Part shown: one piece after another, positions 34,501-46,356 of the stretch
Layout of the letters: every line of letters starts with the position of its first letter
Numbering within the stretch: the first letter of the stretch is position 1
Source: Sporopachydermia quercuum
Taxonomy: Eukaryota
Length of the DNA: 64,000 nucleotides
Assembly: GCA_001599295.1 (NCBI GenBank)
Contig: BCGN01000006.1
Span: 1 to 64,000 of the forward strand
Direction of reading: 5' to 3'
Program-made: the position numbers and the translations under genes
Notes under the pieces: generated by a model
What the model saw: the letters and a program-made list of their open reading frames with translations, nothing else
Told to the model about the DNA's origin: nothing
Databases searched by the model: none

Positions 34501-36155
34501 ATAATACCAAAGAAAATAACACCACCTCGAGAGAAATTGCCTTCTGTTGTTGATGGAATATTGTAGAACAAAGAACCTACTACTAAACCTTGAACCAAAG
34601 AAGCAATACACTCAGTGATGGTATAAGCCATGTCACCTTTAATCCTTTGGAAGCCTCTTCGAATAAGAAGTTTCATTTGAGTGGGCAAAGTAGTAGTGAA
34701 TCGAGAAGATTTACGTTGACGCTTCATTTTTTCCTGCTCCAAGGATTTATCGAAAAGGTCCATTGTATCTTCAGCAGATACTTCAGCTTGATATGCACTG
34801 ATATCATTCAGCAATTCTTGGTATTCAGGTGAAGCTTTCCAACGAGCTTCAAACTCTTCAGCAGTATGAGGGATGGAATCCTCATAACCGGATCTTGGAT
34901 TTCTACCTAACTCGTCAGTAACAGCAGTAAGGAATTCGGCAGTTGTTTGTCTGGGAGGACAATCAAAACCAAGATTCACAAAGTACTCTTTAGCCTGAGT
35001 GACGGGACCAAAGTAAATCTGTCGGCCAGAATAGAGAACAGTGACCTTATCAAAGGATTCGTAGATATTCTCACCAGCCTGATAGATAGTAACAAAAGCT
35101 ACATTTCCAAGCAAATTGGTGGCTGCACGAATAGCATGAGTATATTCCAAAGCAGTAGAAGCATCAAGACCTCTGGTCGCGTTATCCCAGCAGTAAACTT
35201 GGGCTCGGGCAGCTAAAGCTTCAGCAATAGAAACTCTCTTTCTCTCACCACCAGAAACACCTCGGACAAAATCATTTCCAACTTTTGTATTATAAGTATG
35301 AGTAAGACCAAAAGTAGTTGCGAGAATGTCTCTCAAAGAGTTAATATACTGATCACGAGTGGCATTTTGAGTTCGAGTTCTGGGAGTTTTACAAGCAATA
35401 GCAAACTTCAACGTTTGATCAACAGTCAAATGAGGAAAATGAACATCCAACTCAGGATTGTAAATAACGTCGTTTTTATATTTCTTGAGCATAACTTCTT
35501 GTGTGATATTGCTGTATCGAATATCACCTTCAACTCCCTTTAACGCATTAGTTTCTCCCGATAGTGTACGAAGAAAAGTTGAACAACCAGCACCTGGTCT
35601 TCCCAATACTAACACCATTTCACCAGGTCTTGCTATACCGTCGATATTTTGAATCAGTTTCCTCAAAGGTGGCTTTTTGGAAAAGATAAGCTTAGGAAAC
35701 GTTGCAATATCTTTGAATACGCTTGCGACAGTTGGCATAACAGATGAAGCGATATCTAAACCGTATGTTGTAACATCACGGAAAGTGATACCAGAGGTTC
35801 TTAAATGGATACCCTCGTCTTCATAGGATTCCACGATANCTTCAAGAATTTTTCTAAGGTCGAAATCATTTTGGTCAATCATGATTGCACCATCACGAAC
35901 TCTGTGGGTAGAAAGAGTTCTTGCTAATGAAGCATACCTTTCCAAAACATCAGTTTGGGTTACAACTCGAGTCAATTCATCGTGATCTTGAGCAATTTCC
36001 TCATGGGTCTTCGATCTTGAAAGAATCGATGACTGTGTTTGAACTCTCGCAAGATCTTCTTGCGAAGGATTGTACTCCCGCAAAGAAGAATGAGAACTAT
36101 GAATAGACATCTTTGAGGTTGAGGCCGACGTTGAGGATGAGGTCGAGGGTGACAT
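31551..36155 (-). CDS. SNQ2: Full-size PDR/ABCG multidrug transporter (Snq2/Pdr12-type)
   Basis: NBD-TMD-NBD-TMD layout. GRPGAGCST, VSGGERKRVSIAE, CWDNATRGLD, GESGAGKTT, LNVEQKKKLSI and FLDEPTSGLD. The exact orthologue is less certain than the family. Confidence 0.88.
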   Translation of the reverse strand: MSPSTSSSTSASTSKMSIHSSHSSLREYNPSQEDLARVQTQSSILSRSKTHEEIAQDHDELTRVVTQTDVLERYASLARTLSTHRVRDGAIMIDQNDFDLRKILEXIVESYEDEGIHLRTSGITFRDVTTYGLDIASSVMPTVASVFKDIATFPKLIFSKKPPLRKLIQNIDGIARPGEMVLVLGRPGAGCSTFLRTLSGETNALKGVEGDIRYSNITQEVMLKKYKNDVIYNPELDVHFPHLTVDQTLKFAIACKTPRTRTQNATRDQYINSLRDILATTFGLTHTYNTKVGNDFVRGVSGGERKRVSIAEALAARAQVYCWDNATRGLDASTALEYTHAIRAATNLLGNVAFVTIYQAGENIYESFDKVTVLYSGRQIYFGPVTQAKEYFVNLGFDCPPRQTTAEFLTAVTDELGRNPRSGYEDSIPHTAEEFEARWKASPEYQELLNDISAYQAEVSAEDTMDLFDKSLEQEKMKRQRKSSRFTTTLPTQMKLLIRRGFQRIKGDMAYTITECIASLVQGLVVGSLFYNIPSTTEGNFSRGGVIFFGIIFFALSTLAEVSNSFAQRPIIRKQDSYSFYHPAAQPLSEIFTNVPAKALSIITFSLVVYFMTDLKREAGAFFIYLLFIYLVTLGTGGLFQVCATYSSGIAPANAVAGVLVLALVIYTGFMINRPSMHPWFSWISWLDVAFYGFEALLSSEFHGQQILCAGTSLIPWGPNYANFSIDNKGCAVVGAVPGQDWVSGDRFIELSYSYSYSHTWRNFGILIGFWIFFEFLIAVGTEWYHPEAAQGDKLVFKGKGSEKQLKEAEEQVIEAEMQGNGLSNLDGAEIAASLAKPTSKEAKPEEVDLLSKDVFSWQNVDYVIPLAGSTRKLLDNVQGYVKPGTLTALMGESGAGKTTLLNVLSQRIHFGVITGDMLVNGNPVDASFQRRTGYVQQQDLHVAEYTVRESLYFAARLRRPASVPDEEKIAYCEQMIHLLGMEPYADAIVGQSGAGLNVEQKKKLSICVELVAKPSLLLFLDEPTSGLDSQSAWSIIMFLKKLAAAGQAILCTIHQPSATLFEQFDRLLLLKKGGKTVYFGDIGPNSSTLLSYFESHGARKCERSENPAEYILEAIGAGATATSAQDWSDVWNNSEQCAQVSAEVSALNAELASKVVDHSTDHELTKPYATSYMIQFKHIYIRTALQLFRDPVYIFARLMLHIVSGLFIGFTFWKADSSIIGMQNVLFAVFLVIIISFPLMNQIQSRAIDSREVYEVREKESNTYHWSLLPLTQFLAEMPYAIIGGTITFCCFYFCLQIDNSGTIAGVFWFFYSVMFQFYYVSFSLMIVYFAPNLPSAAIITSFLGTFIVSFCGVFQPESLMPGFWTFMWKVSPFTYYVQSLLGTALHDKAVICTAQEFTPIVPPDGLTCGEYLNDFLSYATGYIVDENATELCSYCAFSVGDEYLATLGISFDDRWRNLGFFFVYTIFNLVAMVSLFYYFRIKGGNPLKAVFEFVNWIRSRGKGKGKETEGGKKNEDDSSKEKEKEDDSEKSI

Positions 36156-39100
36156 TAAATCTATAGTTGAAGTTGGAGTTAGAAATAGTTAATTCTAAAG
36201 CTGAACAATCAATTGAGGTTCAGACTTCTACTCCAANAATAGGAGTTCTGATATCCTAGGGAATCAAGAAAATAAATAATCGAATAATTTTTTATTAGTT
36301 GGATACTTGTATTAACCAAGTAACACTTAGTTAAACAAATGGTATTTCAAGGCTAACAATACTATGACGGTGTTGTTGTTGCTGCTGCTTCATGAGCCAA
36401 CAAAACAAAGATGATAGATAGTATTAATAACACACACTGCAAACACTTGAAAAACACTTGAAAAACAATAGCGACTTCAATATTTGTCAATCAAAAGACA
36501 TATAAATGTTGAGCATCTGTTAATGATATTTCTGCGGCCTGAAGTACGTCTTTCAAATTGTGAATAACCGGGAAACTCATTGCCTTTATANTGAAGAAGA
36601 CAAATGTGGAAACGGAATGGAAGAGAACTGAAATAAAGAAATGTACTGATGAGGTAAGATAAGTTTAAGGTTATGATTTCTAGCATTTTAAGATTAACCT
36701 TCAACATAGAAGTTTAATCTTAGGGATACATTCTTGCAGGGTGGAGAAGCGAAGTCTTGACAAACAACAAAAAGAGTTGGATAACGTTAGATAATCTGTC
36801 AAGGATTGTTAATATGTAAAGTGTGATAAAGCTACTAGAGCAGAAAATAATCAAAAAGCTACCATATAAAAAGAAAGTCAAAAGCAAAAATATAGATTGA
36901 AAGCTCATTCCCATTTCCGGAATTAAAGTTTATTATTAATTTTACAACCAAAGGAGCTAAAGAAGGGAAGAAGAAACCTTGGCACAACATGAAAAGTGAA
37001 TATGAAAATAACAGATCTTCTCTCTGTATGATTTGGAGGGCAATACAAAAACTCTGTGCTTTAATAAAAAATATGCCGTTTAGATTTGTTATTTTTTGTC
37101 TCTTGTATCTTTTTGGAAAAAGAAATGGCTTTTACACATTATCGATTAGGAACTTCTGTTTAAATGTTGCAAAAAAAGAGGCTTCCGAACCTTGTTAAAG
37201 GCAGTTAGTTGGAAAAGGAAAAGAAGTTACTATTAGTAATAAAGTTCTATGCATTCCGCCACTGGAAAATATAAAGAAACATGAATTAAAGTTCCAATTC
37301 TGCAAGTTTGTTCTTACAAATTATGTCAACTTTTTTTGTTTACATTTGAATTCATTTCACTGATGAATTGATAAATGTCACAGAGAAATTGCCTTATTCT
37401 AAGTAATTCTACTAAAGATAATCATTTAATCCTCAATACTGTTTATTACTTTTGGAGAGAGGATACTAATTTTTATGGAAACACTAACTTACTCTTAAAC
37501 TGGTGAGAGAGATAACATCACAGTCAGCCAATAACGTTTAGTTAAAATGCATTACATACTATAATTGCATGAAGCACTGAAACTCAATTACTGGTAATCC
37601 CTACCCTGAAGGCGATTTCAAACGTTCTTATTGTCGACGTGAACCAAAGAATATTTGACAGAAAACTGCAAGAAATCTTCTGCACGGATATAAGAGGAAT
37701 CTCCGATGAAAACCGGTAAATTATGCTGATCATATTTGTACAAAAAGACTTTCATGCATAACATATGCAGAGTAAAATATGTTGCCGTAGCATTTGCTGT
37801 TGGAGCTATGAGAGACATTGTTGTACAATCTTGAACTCAATTCGAAACTTTAAACTCATTTCGCTCAAGAAATCTGTTACAAGAAAAAAAAGGGTTCCAC
37901 TTCGCTAGTACTTAAAGACTCAAATTTCCTAAAGACTCCCTCAAAATTATTACTGTTCCTGTCTTATTGAATTTCTTTCAGACCTGACAACTGCTACGGT
38001 GCACCTTGCGTACATTGCTTTGAATCATATTGCCAGAGAATTCCCTGTTTCTTAATCATTTGAAATCAGTTTCTCCTGTGTGTTTTACTTTGATCCCAAT
38101 ATTGCCACCCGTCTTTCACCTATATTGTGTTATCTACTCTTTCGGTGGACAAGCTTACTCACCCAATTGATTTAAGCTCNANTAACGATGTCAATATAAA
38201 ATATAACTTAGGTTGAGATCGCTAAGTCCGAAAAGTCCTTTTCCTATAACGGATTTGTCTTTTGTTACCTGACCGTAGAGTATATTAAATAGAGTTCTTG
38301 ACTTCGCTTAAAATCAAATAAGGAAATCAGGATATTAATAATCTAACGGACTTAAAACAGCAATAATATATGAGCGTTGAGTGAATATGTAAACAAAGGT
38401 AATGAATGCTCCGGTCGTGATAAGATTGTAAGTGTCTTTTCATAATTTTGTACTATGGCAGGTTATGATGTTAGAGATTTATGATCAAAAGTCAGTTCAA
38501 CCGAACTTGTATGAAATTTTTTGAATCCTATTGGAATAACAGATTGTTTATGGTTGTTATTGAAAGTTGTGTTCTTTTTAGGATATTGCTTGTAAACCTA
38601 TGTATGTATCAACAAAATAGCTACTACGACCTTATTAACCTTGCCAAAACAAATCTGTTTAACTGACAAACAGATACTACAATATTTGATTATTCCTTCT
38701 GACTTTACCTAACTCTGTTATTGTTATCATTAAGTAACATCTTCTTAGATGGATATTTTCTCTTTCTCCAATAGCGTTATAATGATGAGAGTCGTGTTAT
38801 ACGAAATTTTTCCTAACCTTAAAATGTCTATTAGGTTTATGTAATAATGGTTTTAACTGCTGGAGGAACTNGAACAACTATTGAATAATGAGATTACTTA
38901 AATCCCATGCTTTCTATATTAATTCAAAATATTGAATCTTATTAATCCTCCGTTATTGATGTTGTTCGAAAGCGTCACTAGAACGCAAGAACATGGTGTC
39001 CTGCGTCCATCTCTTTCTCTTCCCAACCTAATAGCTTTCTTCATTCTATTCTATTAATAAGTAAACATAGCGCGCGAAAATTATAGATAATCAGAGCCAA

Positions 39101-40747
39101 AAATTATTGAACAGGTAGCACATAAAATTAAAGTATTTTCTTTATGTAATAGACGATATATGCTCTGTATATTATATCAATTTACTCAAATAAATTATTA
39201 TTATTACCCCATAACATTACGTTATAANTTTGAAAAAAAGCCACTGCAGTTAGTCAATACATAAATTGAAACATTCAAGAGAAACATTCAAAGTTCAACT
39301 CACTCATTGGCATTCCCGTCATGCATTTTCTTCTTATATGAGCTGAGTAAAATAACGAAGCTTGTTCAAGATGTCAGCATTGTTAAATGCACTAAGACTT
39401 GCAATGGATCTGGAATAGTGAACTCTTTCCGTGGGAACGCTTTATTCTTTTCTTTTCTTTTCTTTCATTTTCTTTCTTTTTTTTTTTTTTTTTTTTTTGA
39501 CTGTAGCGATCTTACCCGTGCCGCCTCGACAATAATCTGATCGTATTTTTTTAAACATAGAACCAACCGACCATTTTAGCTTTTAGATCATAGAATCTGA
39601 ACTTCATGCAATGCATACATTATGCAAAAGCATGCGACAGTCTACAATATTCGAACCTTAAAGTTTTGATTTGATGTTTTCCACTGACTTACACGTAATT
39701 AGAATCACTATCTTTGCATCGCCATAGTTGTTACTAGTTATTTAATAGCTATTCTATAACCGTTTAATAAATTTAATATTGCAAACTTATCTTAGCATTT
39801 CTATGAAAAACCTATGAAAAACGTGTCAGTACACAGAAATTTAGCTTCGGTTTCCCCGGAAGATAGATTTTAAACTATTAATATTAATTGTACAAGTGTT
39901 AAAATGAAATTAAAATAAAAAGAAGATTCTATCATGGTAGGCCTGGCCTCAGATGTGTTTAAATTTACGAAACTTTCTGGGAATAATAGTTGTAATAGTT
40001 GGTAAAATCGAAATTCAGCCGCAGTTAATTTGAGAAAAACTTCAGCTATTCCGTATATTATTCTTATATGCTCTGCCAACACCAGTAAGTAGAATACGTA
40101 CTTGTACTCAATACTTGCTGGGTATGCCAACAGTAAACGGAGATAACGCGGTGGCAATCAGAGTTGTTGAAGTTGTTCCGAAGATAATTCTTAGTTAAAA
40201 TAGGAAGAGTTTATACGAAACCTCATCAACATTAGATATANCTTACTCATTCATTATTGATTAGTCAAAGTTATTTCTCCGATATTCCTCGGATTATTTA
40301 TTAAAATTGTCAGCTTCATCGAAAGGAGAGATACCCTCGATACAAGACCCTTTTTGTCTTCTTTTATTTCAGATTACGTAAATGCTTAATAATTTAATTT
40401 CTGATGACATAATACAATAAGTCGTTACTAGGCTTTCCAGTGGATAAAAATTTTCTTATAGTGCGCGGTTTTCTTCCTATACATAATTCATTATTCATCT
40501 AATTCTTCTGTGACAAGTTTATTAACAAATCCTAGTATTGATAAAATCAATATACTCTCTCTTTTCTACAAATTTACTGAGATAATCCACTGGTTATCAT
40601 TTTATAGCAACTAAACTTAAATTGAGCACTTCTTAGACACTTCTTGAGGCATCGGTTCATGTTTGTCCCATAACTAACTTATTTTACAAAGTAGTAGTAT
40701 CGCACTAATATCTATCAGCAGTTTATAATCAAACAAACTCATTAGTA

Positions 40748-41860
40748 ATGTCNTCAAACTTTACGTGCAATAGTTGTCTTTTGACCTTTCCAACAGGAGC
40801 TGATCAAAGGGATCATATGAAAACTGAATGGCATAGGTATAACCTCAAGCGTAAGATTGCCCAATTGCCCCCTTTGAACGAAGAACTCTTCCATGAAAAA
40901 GTGAAAGCTACGCAACAAGCCGCCGAGTCTGAAGCGAACAAGCAAAATAGCAGAAGACCAAAGAAGGGTAATAAATCCAAGAAATCTTCAGAGAAAGTAT
41001 ATAGCGAACAGAAGGAATCCAAACTAGAGCAAGTAGTCTCTAATGATGAGGAAGCCAATGATGAACCTACTGAGGAAGAAATCAAAGATGCCTTGGAGAA
41101 GAAGCTGAATAACAAAGTTGATCTCCCTATCAACAGGTGTTTTTTCTGTAGTAAAAGATTTTCCACTGCTGAAATCAACGCTGAGCACATGTTTAAGAAG
41201 CATGGTTTATATGTTCCAGAACGACAGTACCTTACAGATCTTGAAGGATTGTTACAGTACCTCAGCGAGAAAATTGGCTGGGGAAATATGTGCTTATGGT
41301 GTAACTTTGAAGGCAGAAGCGTGGAGAGTGTTAGAGCCCATATGATAGCGAAAAGTCATTGTAAAATTCCTTATGAGAGCGATGAGGACAAGATGGAAAT
41401 CAGTGAGTTTTATGACTTTTCTTCCTCTTATAGTAACAGTGGGGCTGCTGGAGAAGAAGATGACGAATGGGTCGACGTTTCTGATGGAGAGGAAGATCAG
41501 GAGAATGATGACGAGAAAAACGATGATGAAATTAGTTTGTATGAAGCAATTGAGGGTGAAGGAGCCTACCTGACGGACAACGGATATAGCTTAGTATTAC
41601 CATCAGGTCTCAAACTGGGACACAGAGCACTTGCAAGATATTACAAACAATCATTAGCGTTGGATGAACCATTACGGGAAGGACAAGGTACTGTTATGGC
41701 AGCAGATGATAGGACGTTTATTTCATCTATTGATAGAGCAAAGGTTAAAGGACAGAAAGAAGCATGGAAGGCTGGTATCAAAGTACAAAATGTTCAAAGA
41801 AGAAGAGAAGGTAAATATATCAACAATCAACCACATTATAGAGATGAGTTATTACAATAA
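40748..41860 (+). CDS. REI1: Cytoplasmic pre-60S maturation C2H2 zinc-finger protein
   Basis: FTCNSC..HMKTEWHRYNLKRK, further C2H2 fingers, and C-terminal NNQPHYRDELLQ. Confidence 0.93.
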   Translation: MXSNFTCNSCLLTFPTGADQRDHMKTEWHRYNLKRKIAQLPPLNEELFHEKVKATQQAAESEANKQNSRRPKKGNKSKKSSEKVYSEQKESKLEQVVSNDEEANDEPTEEEIKDALEKKLNNKVDLPINRCFFCSKRFSTAEINAEHMFKKHGLYVPERQYLTDLEGLLQYLSEKIGWGNMCLWCNFEGRSVESVRAHMIAKSHCKIPYESDEDKMEISEFYDFSSSYSNSGAAGEEDDEWVDVSDGEEDQENDDEKNDDEISLYEAIEGEGAYLTDNGYSLVLPSGLKLGHRALARYYKQSLALDEPLREGQGTVMAADDRTFISSIDRAKVKGQKEAWKAGIKVQNVQRRREGKYINNQPHYRDELLQ

Positions 41861-42283
41861 AGATTCGTTAGGCGTATTATGTACTATGTATGTTATAATG
41901 TATTTTATGTTCTATTGATTAGTGTCAAATCTGTATTCATCATACAGTGACATAGGTTGTATTAATAAATTATGTAGGTACTGCTATGTATCGCATCGCA
42001 TAATAACAATAATGGGTTTGCCCCTTAAAGATCTACTGCCTAGTCGACATTTAGATAGATATAACTGCTTACCTTCCTTAAGCTTGGATTTTTTTTCCTG
42101 ATTATTATATATTGTTAATAATTCAAACTCCTCCATCCTCAAGAAAGACATTTGTGCGATATCATGGTTCTAGTTATTGTAGATTGTTGCTCCATATCTT
42201 CTAATCAATCACCTGTCCCTTGTTCCTCTCAAAGCTATTATTCTCCACTCAATAACTTGTTAAAATAGAATATTGTTCTTTTC

Positions 42284-42619
42284 TTACCAAATCATTGAAA
42301 ATCTTAATTTGCGAGGTGAGCTCATTGATGATGACTCAGTTCTCAACGAGAAAGGGTCAGAAAAGTCATCATAGCTTAGTTCTGCTTGTAATGTTTGTCT
42401 GTCGTTCAATCCTTTGACAATTCGTCGTTTGGAAAGCTTTTTCATAAGCCTTTTATAATAAAAGTCTAATAGCACAGGGAACGTTAGTTGCTCATCACAG
42501 AGTTTGTATTGATAATGATGCAGGTGATTCTATTCCGAACGGTACGCGCAGAAGATTTCCAAAATTGTGAACTTAGCACGAAAATACTTACAATTATTCA
42601 CTCTTTCAGAAATACTCAT
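42284..42619 (-). CDS. Putative small basic protein, 69 aa; exons 42619-42592 and 42465-42284
   Basis: ACAATG start. The intron GTAAGT(42591)..AACTAAC(42489-42483)..TAG(42466) joins the exons in frame: MSISERVNNYFYYKRLMKKLSKRRIVKGLNDRQTLQAELSYDDFSDPFSLRTESSSMSSPRKLRFSMIW. Confidence 0.55.
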
Positions 42620-44108
42620 TGTGAATGGGAATAAACAGATGATCAGAGTGAAAATGCCTTTATAGATACTCTTGTTGTACTGTTATTACAGAAGCAAGAA
42701 GAAAACGATGTGAGTAGTTGACTCAAGTCACTTCCAACTATCACAGCAATGTTAGACAATCACCTTCACAGAAATCAATAGAGCTTTCGATATCAAGTTT
42801 TCCGTCAGTAAATCAGATCTTCGTTTAAGGGAATGATGCAGTAGTAGTTATAGATCAAATAGCATTGAATTGAAAGAATGCATTTAACTTCCAACGAACA
42901 TATATTTTCAACTGTAATAGCAGTCCTTTGTAGACCTAAATGACTAAATCTATTATTATCCTATTTCTCACGCAACTTTCTATCAGACTTCATTACGCGT
43001 ATCTGGCTTCCTATCGATAACTTTTCCTGTTTGGAACTTCAGCTCATGTAACCAATTTCGGTTTTTCAGCTGCACTTTCTTTCGCCCTAAGATGGAAATA
43101 AAATATTCATCTCTTGANATGTCTTTAGTATTGGACTTCCTGTTTTGGCTTTCAAAGTCTAGAAAAAAAATCAATCGAAGCAATGAATCAGGTGTTTTCA
43201 TTGTTCTCCAAACAAGATCGTGAGACATTGACAGAAAAAGACCCAATGCCCTAGATTATGAACATTCCTATTTTGAACATTATAACAATAAATCGTAGAA
43301 TTATTGTAATTCATCGTTCGTTGTAATTTTTGATAGATGTTCCACTCGTTCTCTCAAAGGTCTGCACAGTTTTCTTATCACTTTTTAATTCTCTCCAACA
43401 ATCAAATAAAAAGTTTAAATGTATAGACAATTCCCAGTTTGAATCACAATTGCTAATTTGAAAATAATAATTACTTTCTGGGCGAATGTGTTCAGTAGTT
43501 TACTTTCAGAACGCGTCAAGTAAGAGTTTAAATAGCTTGTTAATTCCTTTAAAGTTTCGCGTTCAAAAAGTTTGAGAGNTGTCACCCTAGACTTTTAAAT
43601 AGGGTCTCAGCGATGTGTCCGTTAACTCATATGAATATGCTTGGGTTATATTTGATTCATCTTTGTCCCTCATTGTCGTCTTCTTTTATCATATGAGATA
43701 TGAGACAATGTTAAGAATTTATCCAATTTTGGATATAACCTAACAGCTAACAGATTCTTATTACTTTCCCCACAATAGAGTGTATGGAAGCTGGTGCTAC
43801 GATACAGCATGTACAATCGATAAAAAAAGCAATTGATTTTGAGTTCTTGTTGGAAGTGAAATCACTGAAAAGGACCTATGTCAATGATATTATAGTATGT
43901 TGATGAGTATACTAGTTTATTATAGACAGTTTCTCTAAGAATTTAAGTTGTTCAAAGGACACCATCATTATAATCCTATATTCCCCAAACTTCTCTAAGN
44001 CAATTGATCACTACATCGGTTATCGGTCTGCAAACTAATGAATCTATCAAATATCTGTTCACAATTAAAGTTTCTCTTCATTGAATCAATCATCATATAC
44101 TTTTCATA

Positions 44109-45665
44109 ATGGAAGATGGTTCTAGACCAGTGTTTTCCTACTTTACAACTAAGCTTGTGCTTACAACAGCGATTGTTTGTCTAGGCGCCGTTCAGTATGG
44201 CTACCATATTGTATGTTACCTTATCCACTTGGTTTCTGCTTTTGTCCTTTCGGCCATTATTTCATCACCTGTTATTAACAATTTCTTCTAGTCTTCCTTA
44301 AATGCTCCTCAGAGCGTNATCTCTTGTGAAGAATTTGTATCTGGGCCTCTAAACGACTATGATGATACATATTATGGGCAACATGGCTATATCAAGTGCA
44401 TTGCTATGAACAGCAATCAAATAGGTCTCGTAACGTCTATTTTCTCAATTGGAGGTCTAATTGGAGCTATTTATGCTGGATATATAGCAGATGAGTTTGG
44501 CCGACAGAAAGCTGCTCTTCTTGCTGCGTTGTTATTCTTCATTGGTTCTATAGTAATGGGAAGCGCCAACTCACTATTAGCGCTAAGTGTAGGNAGATTG
44601 ATAGCAGGTTTCGCATCAGGATGCTCTGTCACCATTATTCCATTATACATCAACGAGATCACGCCAACTCCTATAAAAGGTATTTTAGGATCAATGAACC
44701 AGATATCGATTAATATAGGTATCTTATCTACTCAAGTAGTTGGTCTATTCTATTCAAATACTCAACAATGGAGAAACATATTTTTCATTGGGGCATTGAT
44801 AGGTTTACTTAACTTTGTACTTTTATTTTCTACTTTTGAATCTCCAAAGTATTTAGCGGATCAGGGAAAGGTAATCGAGGCTAAGAAGGTTCTAAGATCA
44901 ATTCAAGGACCAACTGCCGATATTGATTCAACAGTTGCTGTATGGGTAAAGAATGATGAAATATCAGAAGAGAGGAGCCTTTTGACAGAAAATACAGAGA
45001 GAAACTCAAATCTAGAGCATAAAGCTGTCAGTTTGAAGAACTTCTTTTTTGACGAGAAATATAGGAAGCCTTTGATTGCAGTGATTGGTATCATGACAGC
45101 CCAACAGCTAACGGGGATCAATTCTATTGTGTTATATGGTGTCAGTGTTCTCAAAGGGTTATTCCCTCAATACTCCATTGTCATAAACATATTTATTTCA
45201 TCCTTAAACCTAGTTGTTACAGCTCTAGCAGCTCCACTTGTTGACAAATCTGGTAGAAAAGCAATGTTGATATTTTCATTGGCTTTAATGTCGCTATCAG
45301 CGGGAATGATGTCAATCGGTATAACAAGTTCCCTCTCAATACTTACAGCTACAGCTACGTTTATGTACGTTATTGCGTATGCATCAGGTCTAGGACCAAT
45401 TCCGTTTTTATTGATATCAGAAATAACTCAACCTGAAGCATCAGGACAAGCTCAAAGTATTGGGATGACACTGAATTGGATGGCTACGTTTATTATTGCT
45501 TTCTTATTCCCAATACTCAGCCAACAGTTGGGGGGATCTGTTTATTTACTGTTTACATTTATTGGAATAAGCTACGCAATTTTTACTTGGAAATTCATTC
45601 CCGAGACTAAAGGCAAAGCTTCCTTTGAACAAGTTTGGGGTACTAGTCGGAGTATTCTACCCTGA
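44109..45665 (+). CDS. MFS sugar-porter family transporter (YBR241C/Vps73-like); exons 44109-44210 and 44292-45665
   Basis: The intron GTATGT(44211)..TATTAAC(44273)..TAG(44291) gives QYGYHI|SSLNAPQ. Also ADEFGR, QQLTGINSI, GLGPIPF and PETKGK. Confidence 0.9.
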
Positions 45666-46356
45666 AGAATGTAAAGACAGGTGAATTGAGATATGGTTAG
45701 GACCACTTGTTCGCGTCGATTGTTGTTCATTTTACGTTGGTTTGCGTATCCTAGAAACAATTGCTTTACTTTGTATCTTGTATACTTTTTTTATTTGCTA
45801 TTATGATTAGGTGATATTTGATGAATGGGATTTATCGGTTACTGGTCATTTTTTGTAGGTAGATTCTTGAGCGTTATGACAGTACTTCACCCGCATACTA
45901 CCAGCAACCACCTCCACACACTATTCTCGTATCTCAGGAATATAACAACCCTCATTGGTGATATCGTTTTATTCAATCTAGTTTCTTGTTAGGCATTGGT
46001 AGAGCTAATTGAACTGAGCAGAAAGCCAGTTTCAGTGGCCAAAACTTTTGGAGCAAATCCGTCCAGGTCGGAAATAATATCTTTAATATCTTCTCCAAAA
46101 TCAGTTTTAAGAAAACCGGAAACTATTAATCGGATATTTTGGAAATAATCCTACCTTGATCTCCGTTTTTCGTGATCAACTGTTTTTTGTTTTTTTGTTT
46201 ACTCTTCATTGTTTCGTTGGCACGTTACTTTAAAGCTTTTCTATTCTTTAATCTTCCTTTAAATGCTTGATAAATAGTCATTCAAATCAGTCCTATCGGA
46301 TCATTACTTATATTCCACCCATTTCTTTTTCCTATCCAGGTAACTTTTCCTATTTG

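Noticed and set aside
32865..36106. Short ORFs overlapping the ABC transporter, and similar ones inside other long genes
   Set aside because: They are antisense or alternate-frame shadows, many with non-ATG starts and no motifs.
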